A stretch of 42,452 nt of DNA from Candidatus Aminicenantes bacterium (GCA_046496285.1 JAWOHF010000299.1:1-42452); one strand, 5' to 3'. Shown: positions 1 through 10,878, counted from the first letter of the stretch. A program made the numbers and translations. The notes: generated by a model not told the origin, from the letters alone.

Positions 1-67
1 GCCGGATCCGGTTGGAATGGGCCGCGTATCCGGCCCGATCCAGCTAAATTACCGCTTTATGCTCCCG

Positions 68-260
68 TCAAGGACGCCCCTGCGGCCCATCTTCCGCAGC
101 CTCCTGCCGCATTCTCCAACGGCACCTCTTGCACGAGAGGCGAGGGACGGTGACGCAGCGGGGCGGGGGCCCCCCGCCCGCGCGGAGCCGCTGACGCCGA
201 AGAGCCCTTTGGAGCGGCGAGCACGGACGGGGGTGCCACGCGAGAGGAACGTCCCGAGCC
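68..260 (+). repeat. Unclassified GC-rich non-coding repeat element, copy A (well-conserved core 139..260)
   Basis: The core 139..260 aligns by eye, essentially ungapped, to the reverse complement of 42061..42183, at roughly 85% identity by hand count. It contains the palindrome gggcggggg-c-cccccgccc at 161..179. Weaker, gapped similarity extends left to about 68. Confidence 0.75.
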
Positions 261-281
261 GGACGCCTCAGCGGGGCCGGG

Positions 282-310
282 TTGACTTTTCGGCGCGAGG
301 TTCCTATAAA
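282..310 (+). promoter_or_regulatory. Sigma70-like promoter TTGACT-17nt-TATAAA immediately upstream of thyX; implies a leaderless mRNA
   Basis: TTGACT lies at 282..287, followed by a 17-nt spacer and TATAAA at 305..310. The thyX ATG at 317 lies 7 nt after the -10 hexamer, and no usable Shine-Dalgarno sequence fits in between. Confidence 0.4.
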
Positions 311-316
311 GGTTCC

Positions 317-1819
317 ATGCGCGTCGTCCTGGCCGGCTACAACGTCGACAGCTCCGTCATCGAGGAGCTCAAGCGGCACGCCCCGCCCCGCGAGGACGTG
401 ACGCCCGAGACGCTGTCGGCTTCCTACGCCCGCATCTCGCGCGACCCCCGACCGGCCGACGAGCTGCGGGCCGCGGCCCGGGCCGAGGTCGACCGGGCGC
501 GCCGCTCCAACCAGACCATCATCTTCAAGATGGGCCACCACTCCGTGGCCGAGCATGCCGTCTTCAACTTCGACGTCATCGGGGTCAGCCGGCTGGCCAT
601 CGAGGAGATCGAGCGCTTCCGGCTCTGCTCCTTCACCGAAAAATCCCAGCGCTACATCACCCTCGGGGAGGATCACGTCGTCCCGGAGGAGGTCCGGCGG
701 GCGGGGCTTCAGGCGCTCTTCGAGGATACGGTCAAGGCCCAGAACGCCCTCTACCACCGTCTCTATAAGAAGCTCAAACCCTACGTCTTCGGGAAATACC
801 GGGAGGAAGCCCGGGATCCCAAGAACCATGCCGTTCTCGACGGCTGGGCCAAGGAGGACGCCCGCTACGCCGTGAGCCTGGCCACCGAGGGTCAGCTGGG
901 CATGACCATCAACGCCCGCAACCTCGAGCTCCTCATCCGGCGATTCGCGGCCAAGAGCCTGGCGGAGATCCGGGCCTTGAACGCGGAGCTCTACCGGCTG
1001 GCCAAAGAGGTCGCGCCGTCCATCCTCCTGTTCACCGAGGCCGGCGATTTCGACGCCAAGACCTACGGTGACATCGCGGTGGCGGCCGAGGGGATCGCGG
1101 CCAGCCCGCCCGCAGGGCCCCGGCGCAGGTCAAGGGACAAGGAGGTCGTCCTGGCCGGTCATCCCGCCGACGGCGACGACCGGATCCTGGCCGCGCTTCT
1201 CTACAGCGCCGGCCGCCTGTCCTACACGGAGGGCCTGTCCCGGGTCAAGGCCGCCGGCGCCCGCCGGCGCCGGGGCCTCATCCGGCTGGCCCTCGAGCGC
1301 ATGGAGTTCTACGATTTCCCCCTCCGCGAGTTCGAGCACGCCGACCTCACCTACGACCTCGTCGTCTCCGCTTCGTGTTTCGCCCAGCTCAAGAGGCACC
1401 GGATGGCCACCTTGACGACCCAGCGCTACGACCCGGCGCTGGGCGTCACGGTCCCGCCGTCAGTCCGGGAGATAGGGGCCGAAAAGGAATTCCTGGCGAT
1501 CGTCGCCCGGACGGACGAAGCCCACTCCGCGTTGGAGAAGAGCGCGGGTCCGGCCGCCGACTACGTCCTCACCAACGCGCACCGGCGGAGGGCCCTCCTC
1601 AAGCTCAACATCCGCGAGCTCTACCACATGTCGCGCTTGCGGGAGGACGCCACGGCCCAGTGGGAGATCCGGAGAACGACGGCCGAGATGTCGCGGCTGG
1701 CGAAGAGAGCCATGCCGCTCGCCTGCCTGCTTCTCGGCGGCAAGGACGCCTATCCCGAGCTCTACGCCAAGGTCTTCGGCCGCGCGCCGGCGGTCCTTCC
1801 CCCCAAGATATTTCCATAG
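317..1819 (+). CDS. thyX: FAD-dependent thymidylate synthase ThyX, tandem two-domain form (about 500 aa)
   Basis: ORF 17..1819. The first ThyX-like domain has GHHSVAEH and RFRLCSFTEKSQRY (residues 100-113). The second has RHRMATLTTQRY (residues 360-371) and AQWEIR. The start was moved to the ATG at 317 because 17..316 is the non-coding repeat. Confidence 0.8.
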   Translation: MRVVLAGYNVDSSVIEELKRHAPPREDVTPETLSASYARISRDPRPADELRAAARAEVDRARRSNQTIIFKMGHHSVAEHAVFNFDVIGVSRLAIEEIERFRLCSFTEKSQRYITLGEDHVVPEEVRRAGLQALFEDTVKAQNALYHRLYKKLKPYVFGKYREEARDPKNHAVLDGWAKEDARYAVSLATEGQLGMTINARNLELLIRRFAAKSLAEIRALNAELYRLAKEVAPSILLFTEAGDFDAKTYGDIAVAAEGIAASPPAGPRRRSRDKEVVLAGHPADGDDRILAALLYSAGRLSYTEGLSRVKAAGARRRRGLIRLALERMEFYDFPLREFEHADLTYDLVVSASCFAQLKRHRMATLTTQRYDPALGVTVPPSVREIGAEKEFLAIVARTDEAHSALEKSAGPAADYVLTNAHRRRALLKLNIRELYHMSRLREDATAQWEIRRTTAEMSRLAKRAMPLACLLLGGKDAYPELYAKVFGRAPAVLPPKIFP

Positions 1820-2922
1820 CTGTCGGTCCGCTTCGCGGACCGCAAGGCCAGGGACGCCGAAAGCAGCGAAAGGGCCGCCCCCGCTCCCCGGGCCGCATGA
1901 AAGGGGGACACGCCCGCGAGCGACATTCTCCTGAGGACGTCGACCGGGTGGAACGACAGCATCCCGACCAGGGTGAGCGAAAGATAGACGATAACGCCGA
2001 TCCCCGTGGCCAATAGCCAGCGGCGGTCCCGGGACTTCGAGGGCGCGCGTATTAAATAAAGGAACAGGAACGCGACTCCGAAGGCCGCGGCGACGGCCAC
2101 GGCGCCCTGGACCGGCCGGCGCAGGTCGTAGACGTTGTGCTCCATGGAGGCCAGCCGGGCCCACTCCGTCATCCGGCCGGGGACGTCGACCGCTTCCAGG
2201 CAGCCGAAGAGAAGCAACAGAAGGGCGAAACCCGACCAGGCCGGACGGGCGAGGCGCTCCCCCTGGGCCCGGCCGCGGTTTCGCCGGACGGCCAGAGCGG
2301 CGCAGAGGACCCCCGCGGCCATAAGCACAAAGACGAGAAGAGGCCTCAGAAAGCCGTTGAGCGCTCCCCCGCGGGCCTCCCTCCCCGAATCCTTTCGGGC
2401 CTCCTCCTCCGGCGTCGACGTCGGGGTGATCCCCAGGACCCTGGGCGGAGGGATCTGGCCTTTGAATCCGGCCGGGCGGACCGGGATGAGCTCGGTCGAA
2501 GCCCCCCGGGTCCGGTCCTGCCATCTCCCGGTCGGGGACAGATAGATGACCGCGGCCACGAAACGCATCTCCTCGTTGTCCTTGACCCCGACCCGGAACA
2601 TGAGGGTTTCCCCGCCGCGGGTCTCCCGGGCCGGGCCGGCCGCCGCCAGCCCGCCGCTGATCCTGCGGTCCGACGCCGTCCAGCGCAGGCCGCAGGCGAT
2701 CTTCCCGGGGCCGGGCAGGTCCTCGAGCGCGACGCGCAGCTCGAAGGGCTGTCCGACCACCGCGAGGGGAGAGGCCTCCACGGTCAGCCACCCGGGCCGG
2801 TTCCGTATGCGGCCCCGGCGCTCGGCCCGGTCGATGGCCATCCAGGTCGCGATGAAAACCAAGAGGACGATCCCCAGTGCGACCAGGACGGCCGCCGGGA
2901 TCTTTCTGAGGCACTGAAGCAT
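1762..2922 (-). CDS. Hypothetical integral membrane protein: N-terminal TM helix, an extracytoplasmic domain of about 160 aa, then 5-6 TM segments
   Basis: The 386-aa ORF has clear hydrophobic segments (AAVLVALGIVLLVFIATW, LLVFVLMAAGVLCAALAV, FALLLLLFGCL, AVAVAAAFGVAFLFLYLI, LLATGIGVIVYLSLTLVGML). It lies 34 nt downstream of purN on the same strand. I recognise no family. Confidence 0.6.
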   Translation of the reverse strand: MLQCLRKIPAAVLVALGIVLLVFIATWMAIDRAERRGRIRNRPGWLTVEASPLAVVGQPFELRVALEDLPGPGKIACGLRWTASDRRISGGLAAAGPARETRGGETLMFRVGVKDNEEMRFVAAVIYLSPTGRWQDRTRGASTELIPVRPAGFKGQIPPPRVLGITPTSTPEEEARKDSGREARGGALNGFLRPLLVFVLMAAGVLCAALAVRRNRGRAQGERLARPAWSGFALLLLLFGCLEAVDVPGRMTEWARLASMEHNVYDLRRPVQGAVAVAAAFGVAFLFLYLIRAPSKSRDRRWLLATGIGVIVYLSLTLVGMLSFHPVDVLRRMSLAGVSPFHAARGAGAALSLLSASLALRSAKRTDSYGNILGGRTAGARPKTLA

Positions 2923-2956
2923 GGCTTAGCGCGAGAGGGGGCCGGACCGGGGCGCT

Positions 2957-3600
2957 CTAGTCCCCCGGCTCGAGAATGAAGACCCTCCGGCCCTCGACCC
3001 CGAGCCGGCCGTCGAAATAGAGCCGGACGGCTTCCGGGTAGATCCTGTGCTCCTCGACCAGGATGCGGGCCGCCAGCGTCTCCTCGGTGTCGTCCTGCAG
3101 GACGGGGACGACCGCCTGAAGGACGATCGGGCCCATGTCGACCTCGGCGGCGACGAAGTGGACCGTGCAGCCCGAGACGCGGACCCCCCAATCGATGGCC
3201 TTCTGCTGGACGTGAAGACCGGGGAAGGCCGGCAGAAGGGCCGGATGGATGTTGAGGATCTTGTGCTTGAAGGCTTCGCAGAGCCCCGGCGTCAGGACCT
3301 TCATGTACCCGGCCAGGCAGATGAGATCGATGCCCCTGTTGCCCAGCTCGCGGACGATGGCCTGGTCGTACTCCTCCCGGGTCGCGTGGGCCTTGGGGTC
3401 GAGGAACAGCGTCTCCAAGCCGGCTTCCCTGGCTTTCAGGAGACCTGGGGCGTCCGCCTTGTTGCTGAAAACCAGGGCCATCGCGGCATTGATCCGGCCC
3501 TCGTCCACGGCTTCGCGGAGAGCCTCGAAGTTGGAACCGCGTCCCGAGAGGAAGACGGCGATCCTCCCTTTCTTGGCCGGGCTCCGGAAATCGAATCCGC

Positions 3601-3604
<4 letters not shown>
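2957..3604 (-). CDS. purN: Phosphoribosylglycinamide formyltransferase
   Basis: This is the C-terminal part of ORF 2957..5707, from MSGFDF... onward: [35 protein letters not shown] and GCTVHF are typical PurN motifs. Its ATG overlaps the purL stop as ATGA. Confidence 0.9.
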
Positions 3605-5812
<2,208 letters not shown>

Positions 5813-5823
<11 letters not shown>

Positions 5824-6559
5824 GGCCGACCTTCTTGCGGGGGGCGGGGACCGGTTTTCGGGGCCGGCGGGCGCCGAGGCTGCGGATCAGGGAATCGAAG
5901 ACGACCCGGCCGTCCTCGCTCCCGAGGAGGGCCTCCGAGGCCCTTTCGGGATGGGGCATCAGGCCCAGGACGTTGCCGCCCTCGTTGACGATCCCGGCGA
6001 TGCTCGCGAGGGACCCGTTGACGTTGGCGTCCTCGGTCAGCTTCCCGTCGGGCTCGCAGTAGCGGAAGACCACCCGCCGGTTCCTCTCGACCTCCGCGAG
6101 GGTCCGCGGAGGGGCGTAGTAGTTGCCGTCGAAATGGGCGATGGGGATCCTCAGGACCTGTCCCCGGCGGCCGGCCCTCGTGAAGGGCGTCTTGTCGTTC
6201 TCGAGGCGGATGTGAACGTGACGGCAGAGGAACTTGAGGTTCTTGTTGCGGAGCATGGCCCCCGGAAGGAGGCCGAGCTCGAGGAGGATCTGGAACCCGT
6301 TGCAGATGCCCAGGACATGTCCTCCCTTGCGGGCGAAGGCCTTGACCTCCTGCATGAGAGGGGAGAAGCGGGCGATGGCTCCCGACCGGAGATAGTCCCC
6401 GTAGGAGAACCCTCCGGGAAGGACGACGCAATCGACGCCTTGGAGGTCGTGGTCCTTGTGCCAGAGCATGACCGTGTCTTGGGACATGACGTCCTTCAGG
6501 ACGTGGAACGTGTCGAAGTCACAGTTGGAACCCGGGAATTGGACGACCCCGAATCTCAT
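5813..6559 (-). CDS. purQ: Phosphoribosylformylglycinamidine synthase glutaminase subunit PurQ
   Basis: Internal start [14 protein letters not shown] within ORF 5813..6832. LGICNGFQ supplies the catalytic Cys and MPHPER the His. The 3' end overlaps the purL start by 11 nt. Confidence 0.9.
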
Positions 6560-6570
6560 GACGCCTGCCC

Positions 6571-6813
6571 TCACTTGAGGAACTGCCAGTCGAACTTCTC
6601 GATGATGGGGTTGGCCAGGACCTTGCGGGAGATCTCGGGGACGAGCGCCTCGGCCTCCTTCCTCGCGATCCCTTCCAGCTCGATCTCGAAGACCTTGCCC
6701 TGCCGGACGTCCTTGACGGCGGCGTAGCCCATGGTGTGAAGGGCGTTCTTCACGGTTTGACCCTGGGGGTCGAGAACACTGTCCTTGAACGATACGAGGA
6801 TCCTGACTCTCAT
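6571..6813 (-). CDS. purS: Phosphoribosylformylglycinamidine synthase subunit PurS
   Basis: An 80-aa [24 protein letters not shown]...ANPIIE, with typical PurS size and sequence. Its start overlaps the purB stop as ATGA. Confidence 0.9.
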   Translation of the reverse strand: MRVRILVSFKDSVLDPQGQTVKNALHTMGYAAVKDVRQGKVFEIELEGIARKEAEALVPEISRKVLANPIIEKFDWQFLK

Positions 6814-8105
6814 CGGCGGAAAACCCTTTCAAAGATGAAATCGATCTTGTCGAGATACGGGGCCAGGGAAAAGCAGGCGTCGATTTCGGCCGGGTCGAGC
6901 AGCCGGGCGATGTCCGGGTCGACGGCGACGAGCTTGCGGAAGTCGAGGCCCTCCTCCCAGGCTTTGAGGCTGTTCCTCTGGACGATCCGATAGGCTTCCT
7001 CGCGGCTCATGCCCCGGCGCGTCAGGGCCAGCAGGACGCCCTGCGAGAAGATCAGGCCGCGGGTGGCCCCGATGTTGGCTTTCATCCTGTCCGGATGGAC
7101 GACCCAGTGGCCGATGATGTCGAGGGCCTCGGCCAGAAGGAAGTCGGTGAGGATGAAGGAGTCGGGGAAGACGACCCGCTCGGCCGAGGAATGGGAGATG
7201 TCCCGCTCGTGCCACAGGGCGACGTTCTCGAGCCCGACCTGGGCGTTGGCCCGGACGAGGCGGGCCAGGCCCGAGATCCGCTCGCAGCGGACCGGGTTCT
7301 TCTTGTGGGGCATGGAGGACGACCCCTTCTGGCCCTTGGTGAACGGCTCTTCGACCTCGTGGACCTCGGTCCTTTGGAGGTGCCGGATCTCGACCGCGAA
7401 CTTCTCGATCGTCGAGGCCAGCAAAGCCAGGGTCGAAAGGACCTCGGCGTGACGGTCCCGCTGGAGGACCTGGGTCGAGACCTTGGCCGGGGCCAGCCGG
7501 AGCTGCCGCAGGGCGATCCTCTCGACCCGGGGGTCGAGGTGGATGTAGGTCCCCACGGACCCGGAGATCCGCCCGACGGAGATCGTTTCGACGGCCCGCT
7601 CGAGGCGGGCGATGTGGCGGCCGATCTCCTCGTGCCAGACGAGGAGCTTGAAGCCGAAGGTCACCGGTTCGGCGTGGATGCCGTGCGTCCGGCCCATGCA
7701 AACGGTCTTCTTGTGCTTCAGGGCCTGCTTTTTCAGGAGCCGGCGGAGCTCGCCGAGCGGGCCCAGGATCTTTTGCAGGGACTCCCGGATGAGCAGGGAC
7801 AGGGCCGTGTCGACGACGTCGTAGGAGGTCAGGCCGACGTGGACGTAGCGCGAGGACGGGCCCACTCTTTCGGCGACCGATGTCAGGAAGGCGATCATGT
7901 CGTGCTTGACGACTTTTTCGATCGCGTCGATCCGCTTGACGGAGAAGCCGGCCTTGGACCGGATCTCGCGGAGGGCCCCGGGGGGCACCTTGCCGAGGCG
8001 GGCCCAGGCCTCGCAGACCGCGAGCTCGACGTCGAGCCACTTGCGGTACCTGTTCTCGTCGGTCCAGACGACGCCCATCTCGGGGCGGGTGTAGCGTTCG
8101 ATCAT
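6810..8105 (-). CDS. purB: Adenylosuccinate lyase
   Basis: ORF 6810..8231. Conserved [11 protein letters not shown]-terminus, plus the [11 protein letters not shown] signature loop. The start was placed at ATG 8105 because the 42 upstream codons look non-coding and contain the predicted promoter. Confidence 0.9.
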   Translation of the reverse strand: MIERYTRPEMGVVWTDENRYRKWLDVELAVCEAWARLGKVPPGALREIRSKAGFSVKRIDAIEKVVKHDMIAFLTSVAERVGPSSRYVHVGLTSYDVVDTALSLLIRESLQKILGPLGELRRLLKKQALKHKKTVCMGRTHGIHAEPVTFGFKLLVWHEEIGRHIARLERAVETISVGRISGSVGTYIHLDPRVERIALRQLRLAPAKVSTQVLQRDRHAEVLSTLALLASTIEKFAVEIRHLQRTEVHEVEEPFTKGQKGSSSMPHKKNPVRCERISGLARLVRANAQVGLENVALWHERDISHSSAERVVFPDSFILTDFLLAEALDIIGHWVVHPDRMKANIGATRGLIFSQGVLLALTRRGMSREEAYRIVQRNSLKAWEEGLDFRKLVAVDPDIARLLDPAEIDACFSLAPYLDKIDFIFERVFRR

Positions 8106-8143
8106 GGAGTTCAGCCTTTCCCAGCGTTCGAGAGAAGAAGGCA

Positions 8144-8173
8144 ATAATATCAGCACGTCCGCGGCCTTGTCAA
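8144..8173 (-). promoter_or_regulatory. Candidate sigma70 promoter of the purB-S-Q-L-N operon (TTGACA-18nt-TATTAT on the minus strand)
   Basis: The reverse complement reads TTGACA (8173..8168), an 18-nt spacer, then TATTAT (8149..8144). A GAAAGG Shine-Dalgarno sequence follows about 8 nt before the purB ATG. Confidence 0.5.
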
Positions 8174-8271
8174 CGAAGGGCCTCGGGACATCGCAACTCA
8201 CGAGGGCAGAAGCAGAGAGCGTGATATGCAAAGGATTCTGTATAATAAAGGTCTAACGGAGTGAGGACGAG

Positions 8272-8829
8272 ATGGATGAACGCCCGGACGAGGCCCTTGT
8301 CCAGGAGGCCCGGCAGGGGAGCCGGGAGGCCTTCGCCGAGCTCGTCCGGCGCCATCAGCAGAAAGTGTACCGGATCATTCATTCGATGACGCGCAACGCT
8401 TCGGACACCGACGACCTGGCCCAGGAGGCCTTCCTGGCCGCCTACCGCTCGCTCGAGTCCTTCAACATGAACTCCCGCTTTTCGACCTGGCTCCACCGGA
8501 TCTCCGTCAATACGACGCTGAGTTTTCTGAAAAAACGCGGGCGGGAGAAGGACCGGGCCGAGTTCCGCGACGACCTCATCGACTCGGGCTCCCGGGATTC
8601 GCCCGAAGAGAGCTCCGTCCGCCACGAGCTCTCGGCCCGCATCGAGGAGGCCGTCGGGGCCCTGCCCCCGCATTTCCAAGCCTCCTTCAGGCTCGTCGCG
8701 GATCAGGGGCTGAGTCACGCCGAGGCGGCGCAGATGCTGGGCTGTTCGGAAAACACGGTCTCTTGGAGACTGCACAAGGCCCGCAAGCTGCTCCGGGCCC
8801 GCCTCGAACCCTTCCTGGGGAGGTCCTGA
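8272..8829 (+). CDS. ECF-type RNA polymerase sigma factor (sigma-70 group 4)
   Basis: A 185-aa ORF. Region 2 reads DLAQEAFLAAYRSLESF...STWLHRISVN. Region 4.2 has the helix-turn-helix LSHAEAAQMLGCSENTVSWRLHKARKLL. Confidence 0.9.
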   Translation: MDERPDEALVQEARQGSREAFAELVRRHQQKVYRIIHSMTRNASDTDDLAQEAFLAAYRSLESFNMNSRFSTWLHRISVNTTLSFLKKRGREKDRAEFRDDLIDSGSRDSPEESSVRHELSARIEEAVGALPPHFQASFRLVADQGLSHAEAAQMLGCSENTVSWRLHKARKLLRARLEPFLGRS

Positions 8830-8830
8830 T

Positions 8831-9436
8831 ATGAGATGCGATAAAGCGCGAAAGTGGATCTCGGACGATCTCGACGGGGCCCTGCCCGGCTCCCGGAAGG
8901 CCCGCCTTGAAGACCATCTCGCGGGCTGTCCCGCGTGCCGGGCCTATCTCGGGGACCTCGAGCTCATCGCCGGCGAGGCCAGGGGCCGTCCGGCGGACGA
9001 TCCCCCTCCGGGGTACTGGCCGGATTTCGGAAGGCGGCTCGAGCGCCGGCTGGCCTCGCCCGCCCCCCCGGCCCGGACCGCTCCCCGGCTTGGATACCGG
9101 AGATGGGCTTGGGCCGGGGCCGCCTCTCTGGTCGTCGTCGCCGTGGCGGTTTATATCGCCTTCCTCCGCCCCGGCGTCGAACAGGACGCCGCCTGGTTCC
9201 CGAACGGGAGCTCCCTGGCCTCGATCCTCTTGGAAGCCGAGGGCGACCCCGATCTCACGAGCCGGCTCGACGGGTTGGTCAGCGCCTCCATCGAGGAGCT
9301 GACCGTCGGCCCGGACGAGGACATCCCCGTTCCCTTCGCCGACGACCCCCTCTTTTGGGAGGGGTTGAGCGAGGAGGAGCTGCGTTTTATCGTTTCCGAG
9401 CTGGAAGCCGAGACCGATCGAGGAGTGAGACCATGA
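8831..9436 (+). CDS. Anti-sigma factor, zf-HC2 type, single-pass membrane protein
   Basis: It starts 2 nt after the sigma gene. It has the H-x3-C-x2-C motif (DHLAGCPAC) and one TM helix (WAGAASLVVVAVAVYIAFL). Confidence 0.8.
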   Translation: MRCDKARKWISDDLDGALPGSRKARLEDHLAGCPACRAYLGDLELIAGEARGRPADDPPPGYWPDFGRRLERRLASPAPPARTAPRLGYRRWAWAGAASLVVVAVAVYIAFLRPGVEQDAAWFPNGSSLASILLEAEGDPDLTSRLDGLVSASIEELTVGPDEDIPVPFADDPLFWEGLSEEELRFIVSELEAETDRGVRP

Positions 9437-9936
9437 ACAGAGATCGACTCATCGCCGCGCTGGTTCTCTTCGCTTTCCTGGGGACCTGGGCCGCCGCCCA
9501 GGTCGCTCCCCAGACGGACCCGCAAGCCCGGAAGAGGCTCAGGGAGAACATCAGCACGCTTTACCTGCTCCGGCTGACGCGGGCCCTGGAATTGAGCGAG
9601 GAGCAAACGGGCAGGCTCTTCCCCGTCCTGACCCGGATCGAAAGGGAGAAGGCCGAATTCCAGCAGCGGATGAACCTCGGCCTCATGGACCTTCGGGCCG
9701 CCCTGGCGGGGCCGGGGGAAGGGGAGGGCCGGATCCTCGAGCTCGTCGGTCGTGTCCGGGCCGACCGGCTGGCCATCCGGCAGAGGGACGAGGAGGCCGA
9801 GGCCGCCCTCGACGAGGTCCTGACGCCCGTCCAGAAGGCCCGCCACCTGCTCTTCACGGTCGATTTCTACAGGAACCTCGGCCGCCATCTGGAGAAGGCC
9901 AGACAGATGAGGCCGGCCACAAAAAGAAGGCCTTGA
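9433..9936 (+). CDS. Secreted Spy/CpxP-like LTXXQ-motif periplasmic protein
   Basis: The internal ATG at 9433 overlaps the anti-sigma stop as ATGA. Signal peptide MNRDRLIAALVLFAFLGTWAAAQ, helical repeats with LSEEQ and LTPVQ. Confidence 0.65.
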   Translation: MNRDRLIAALVLFAFLGTWAAAQVAPQTDPQARKRLRENISTLYLLRLTRALELSEEQTGRLFPVLTRIEREKAEFQQRMNLGLMDLRAALAGPGEGEGRILELVGRVRADRLAIRQRDEEAEAALDEVLTPVQKARHLLFTVDFYRNLGRHLEKARQMRPATKRRP

Positions 9937-9961
9937 CAAAGAATTGAAAATCCTCTAGGAT
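9933..9961 (+). promoter_or_regulatory. Candidate sigma70 promoter TTGACA-17nt-TAGGAT at the start of an AT-rich island upstream of the tRNA array
   Basis: TTGACA at 9933..9938 overlaps the upstream stop codon. A 17-nt spacer follows, then TAGGAT at 9956..9961. The following ~150 nt are conspicuously AT-rich for this genome. Confidence 0.4.
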
Positions 9962-10107
9962 GGAGTTCGTCGTTCTGTAGATTTCAGATTAACTCTCTGA
10001 AAAAAGAACAATTTCGAGCTCGAGGAGAATAGGTTTTTCCATTTTTCGTGTTTTGTTCTGCATTTCCGCATTTTTTTGAGGAATCGGGCGATTGAGATCG
10101 TTGGTGC

Positions 10108-10180
10108 GCCAGCGTAGCTCAGGTGGTAGAGCGGCTGATTTGTAATCAGCGGGTCAGGGGTTCGAATCCTCTCGCTGGCT
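10108..10180 (+). tRNA. tRNA-Thr (anticodon TGT)
   Basis: Acceptor stem gccagcg/cgctggc, D-arm tagctcaggtggtagagc, anticodon stem-loop gctga-tTTGTAa-tcagc, T-loop ggttcgaatcc. Confidence 0.9.
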
Positions 10181-10212
10181 TTGAAGAGGGCATCGAGCAT
10201 GGTTGTTGATTC

Positions 10213-10295
10213 GGGCAGGTTCCAGAGTGGCCAAATGGGACGGGCTGTAAACCCGTTGCGGAAACGCTTCGGAGGTTCGAATCCTTCCCTGCCCA
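10213..10295 (+). tRNA. tRNA-Tyr (anticodon GTA), long variable arm
   Basis: Acceptor stem gggcagg/cctgccc, anticodon loop ctGTAaa, long variable arm, T-loop ggttcgaatcc. Confidence 0.9.
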
Positions 10296-10303
10296 TTCTA
10301 TTC

Positions 10304-10377
<74 letters not shown>

Positions 10378-10395
10378 CTTCGGCAGGCGTTGCGG

Positions 10396-10468
10396 GCCCA
10401 AGTAGCTCAGTCGGCAGAGCACGTCCTTGGTAAGGACGGGGTCACCAGTTCGATTCTGGTCTTGGGCT
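10396..10468 (+). tRNA. tRNA-Thr (anticodon GGT)
   Basis: Acceptor stem gcccaag/cttgggc, anticodon stem-loop cgtcc-ttGGTaa-ggacg, T-loop agttcgattct. Confidence 0.9.
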
Positions 10469-10547
10469 TTTTCGACCATAGAGACGCGGACCGTCGGCGC
10501 CCGGCAGGCCCGGCGGAAGGAGAGGAGTTCCTGAGGGAAGGTTGACC

Positions 10548-10697
10548 ATGCGAGAGATCATCACGCTCCAGTGCGGCGACTGCAAGCGCCGGAATTATTC
10601 CTCGACGAGGAACAAGAAGACGCAGACGGAAAAGTTAGAGACCAAGAAGTTCTGCCCCTTCTGCCGGAAGCATACGCCCCACAAGGAAGTCAAGTAG
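10548..10697 (+). CDS. rpmG: 50S ribosomal protein L33 (Cys4 zinc-ribbon form); below the ORF-track size cut-off
   Basis: Hand translation gives [49 protein letters not shown] then a stop. A GAAGG Shine-Dalgarno sequence lies about 7 nt upstream. Confidence 0.9.
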   Translation: MREIITLQCGDCKRRNYSSTRNKKTQTEKLETKKFCPFCRKHTPHKEVK

Positions 10698-10719
10698 CAG
10701 GGCGAGAGGAGAGAACGAC

Positions 10720-10795
<76 letters not shown>

Positions 10796-10878
10796 TTGCC
10801 GCTCCTTCGGGCCCGTCGTGACGGCCCCGGAGGGCGATACGGAGGGCCCGGGCGCTCCACAAGGTTCGAGGACAAGCC

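Noticed and set aside
17-316. The 100-codon N-terminal extension of the thyX ORF.
   Set aside because: It coincides with the non-coding repeat, whose differences from copy B show no synonymous bias. It is rich in Arg and Pro, and the ThyX homology begins at the Met at 317, which also has a promoter directly upstream.
1460-2914. A 484-aa minus-strand ORF, plus the plus-strand ORFs 2137..2979 and 2135..2545, all overlapping the membrane-protein gene.
   Set aside because: Their translations are Arg/Gly/Pro-rich nonsense. The 1762..2922 frame gives coherent transmembrane helices and is the only credible reading.
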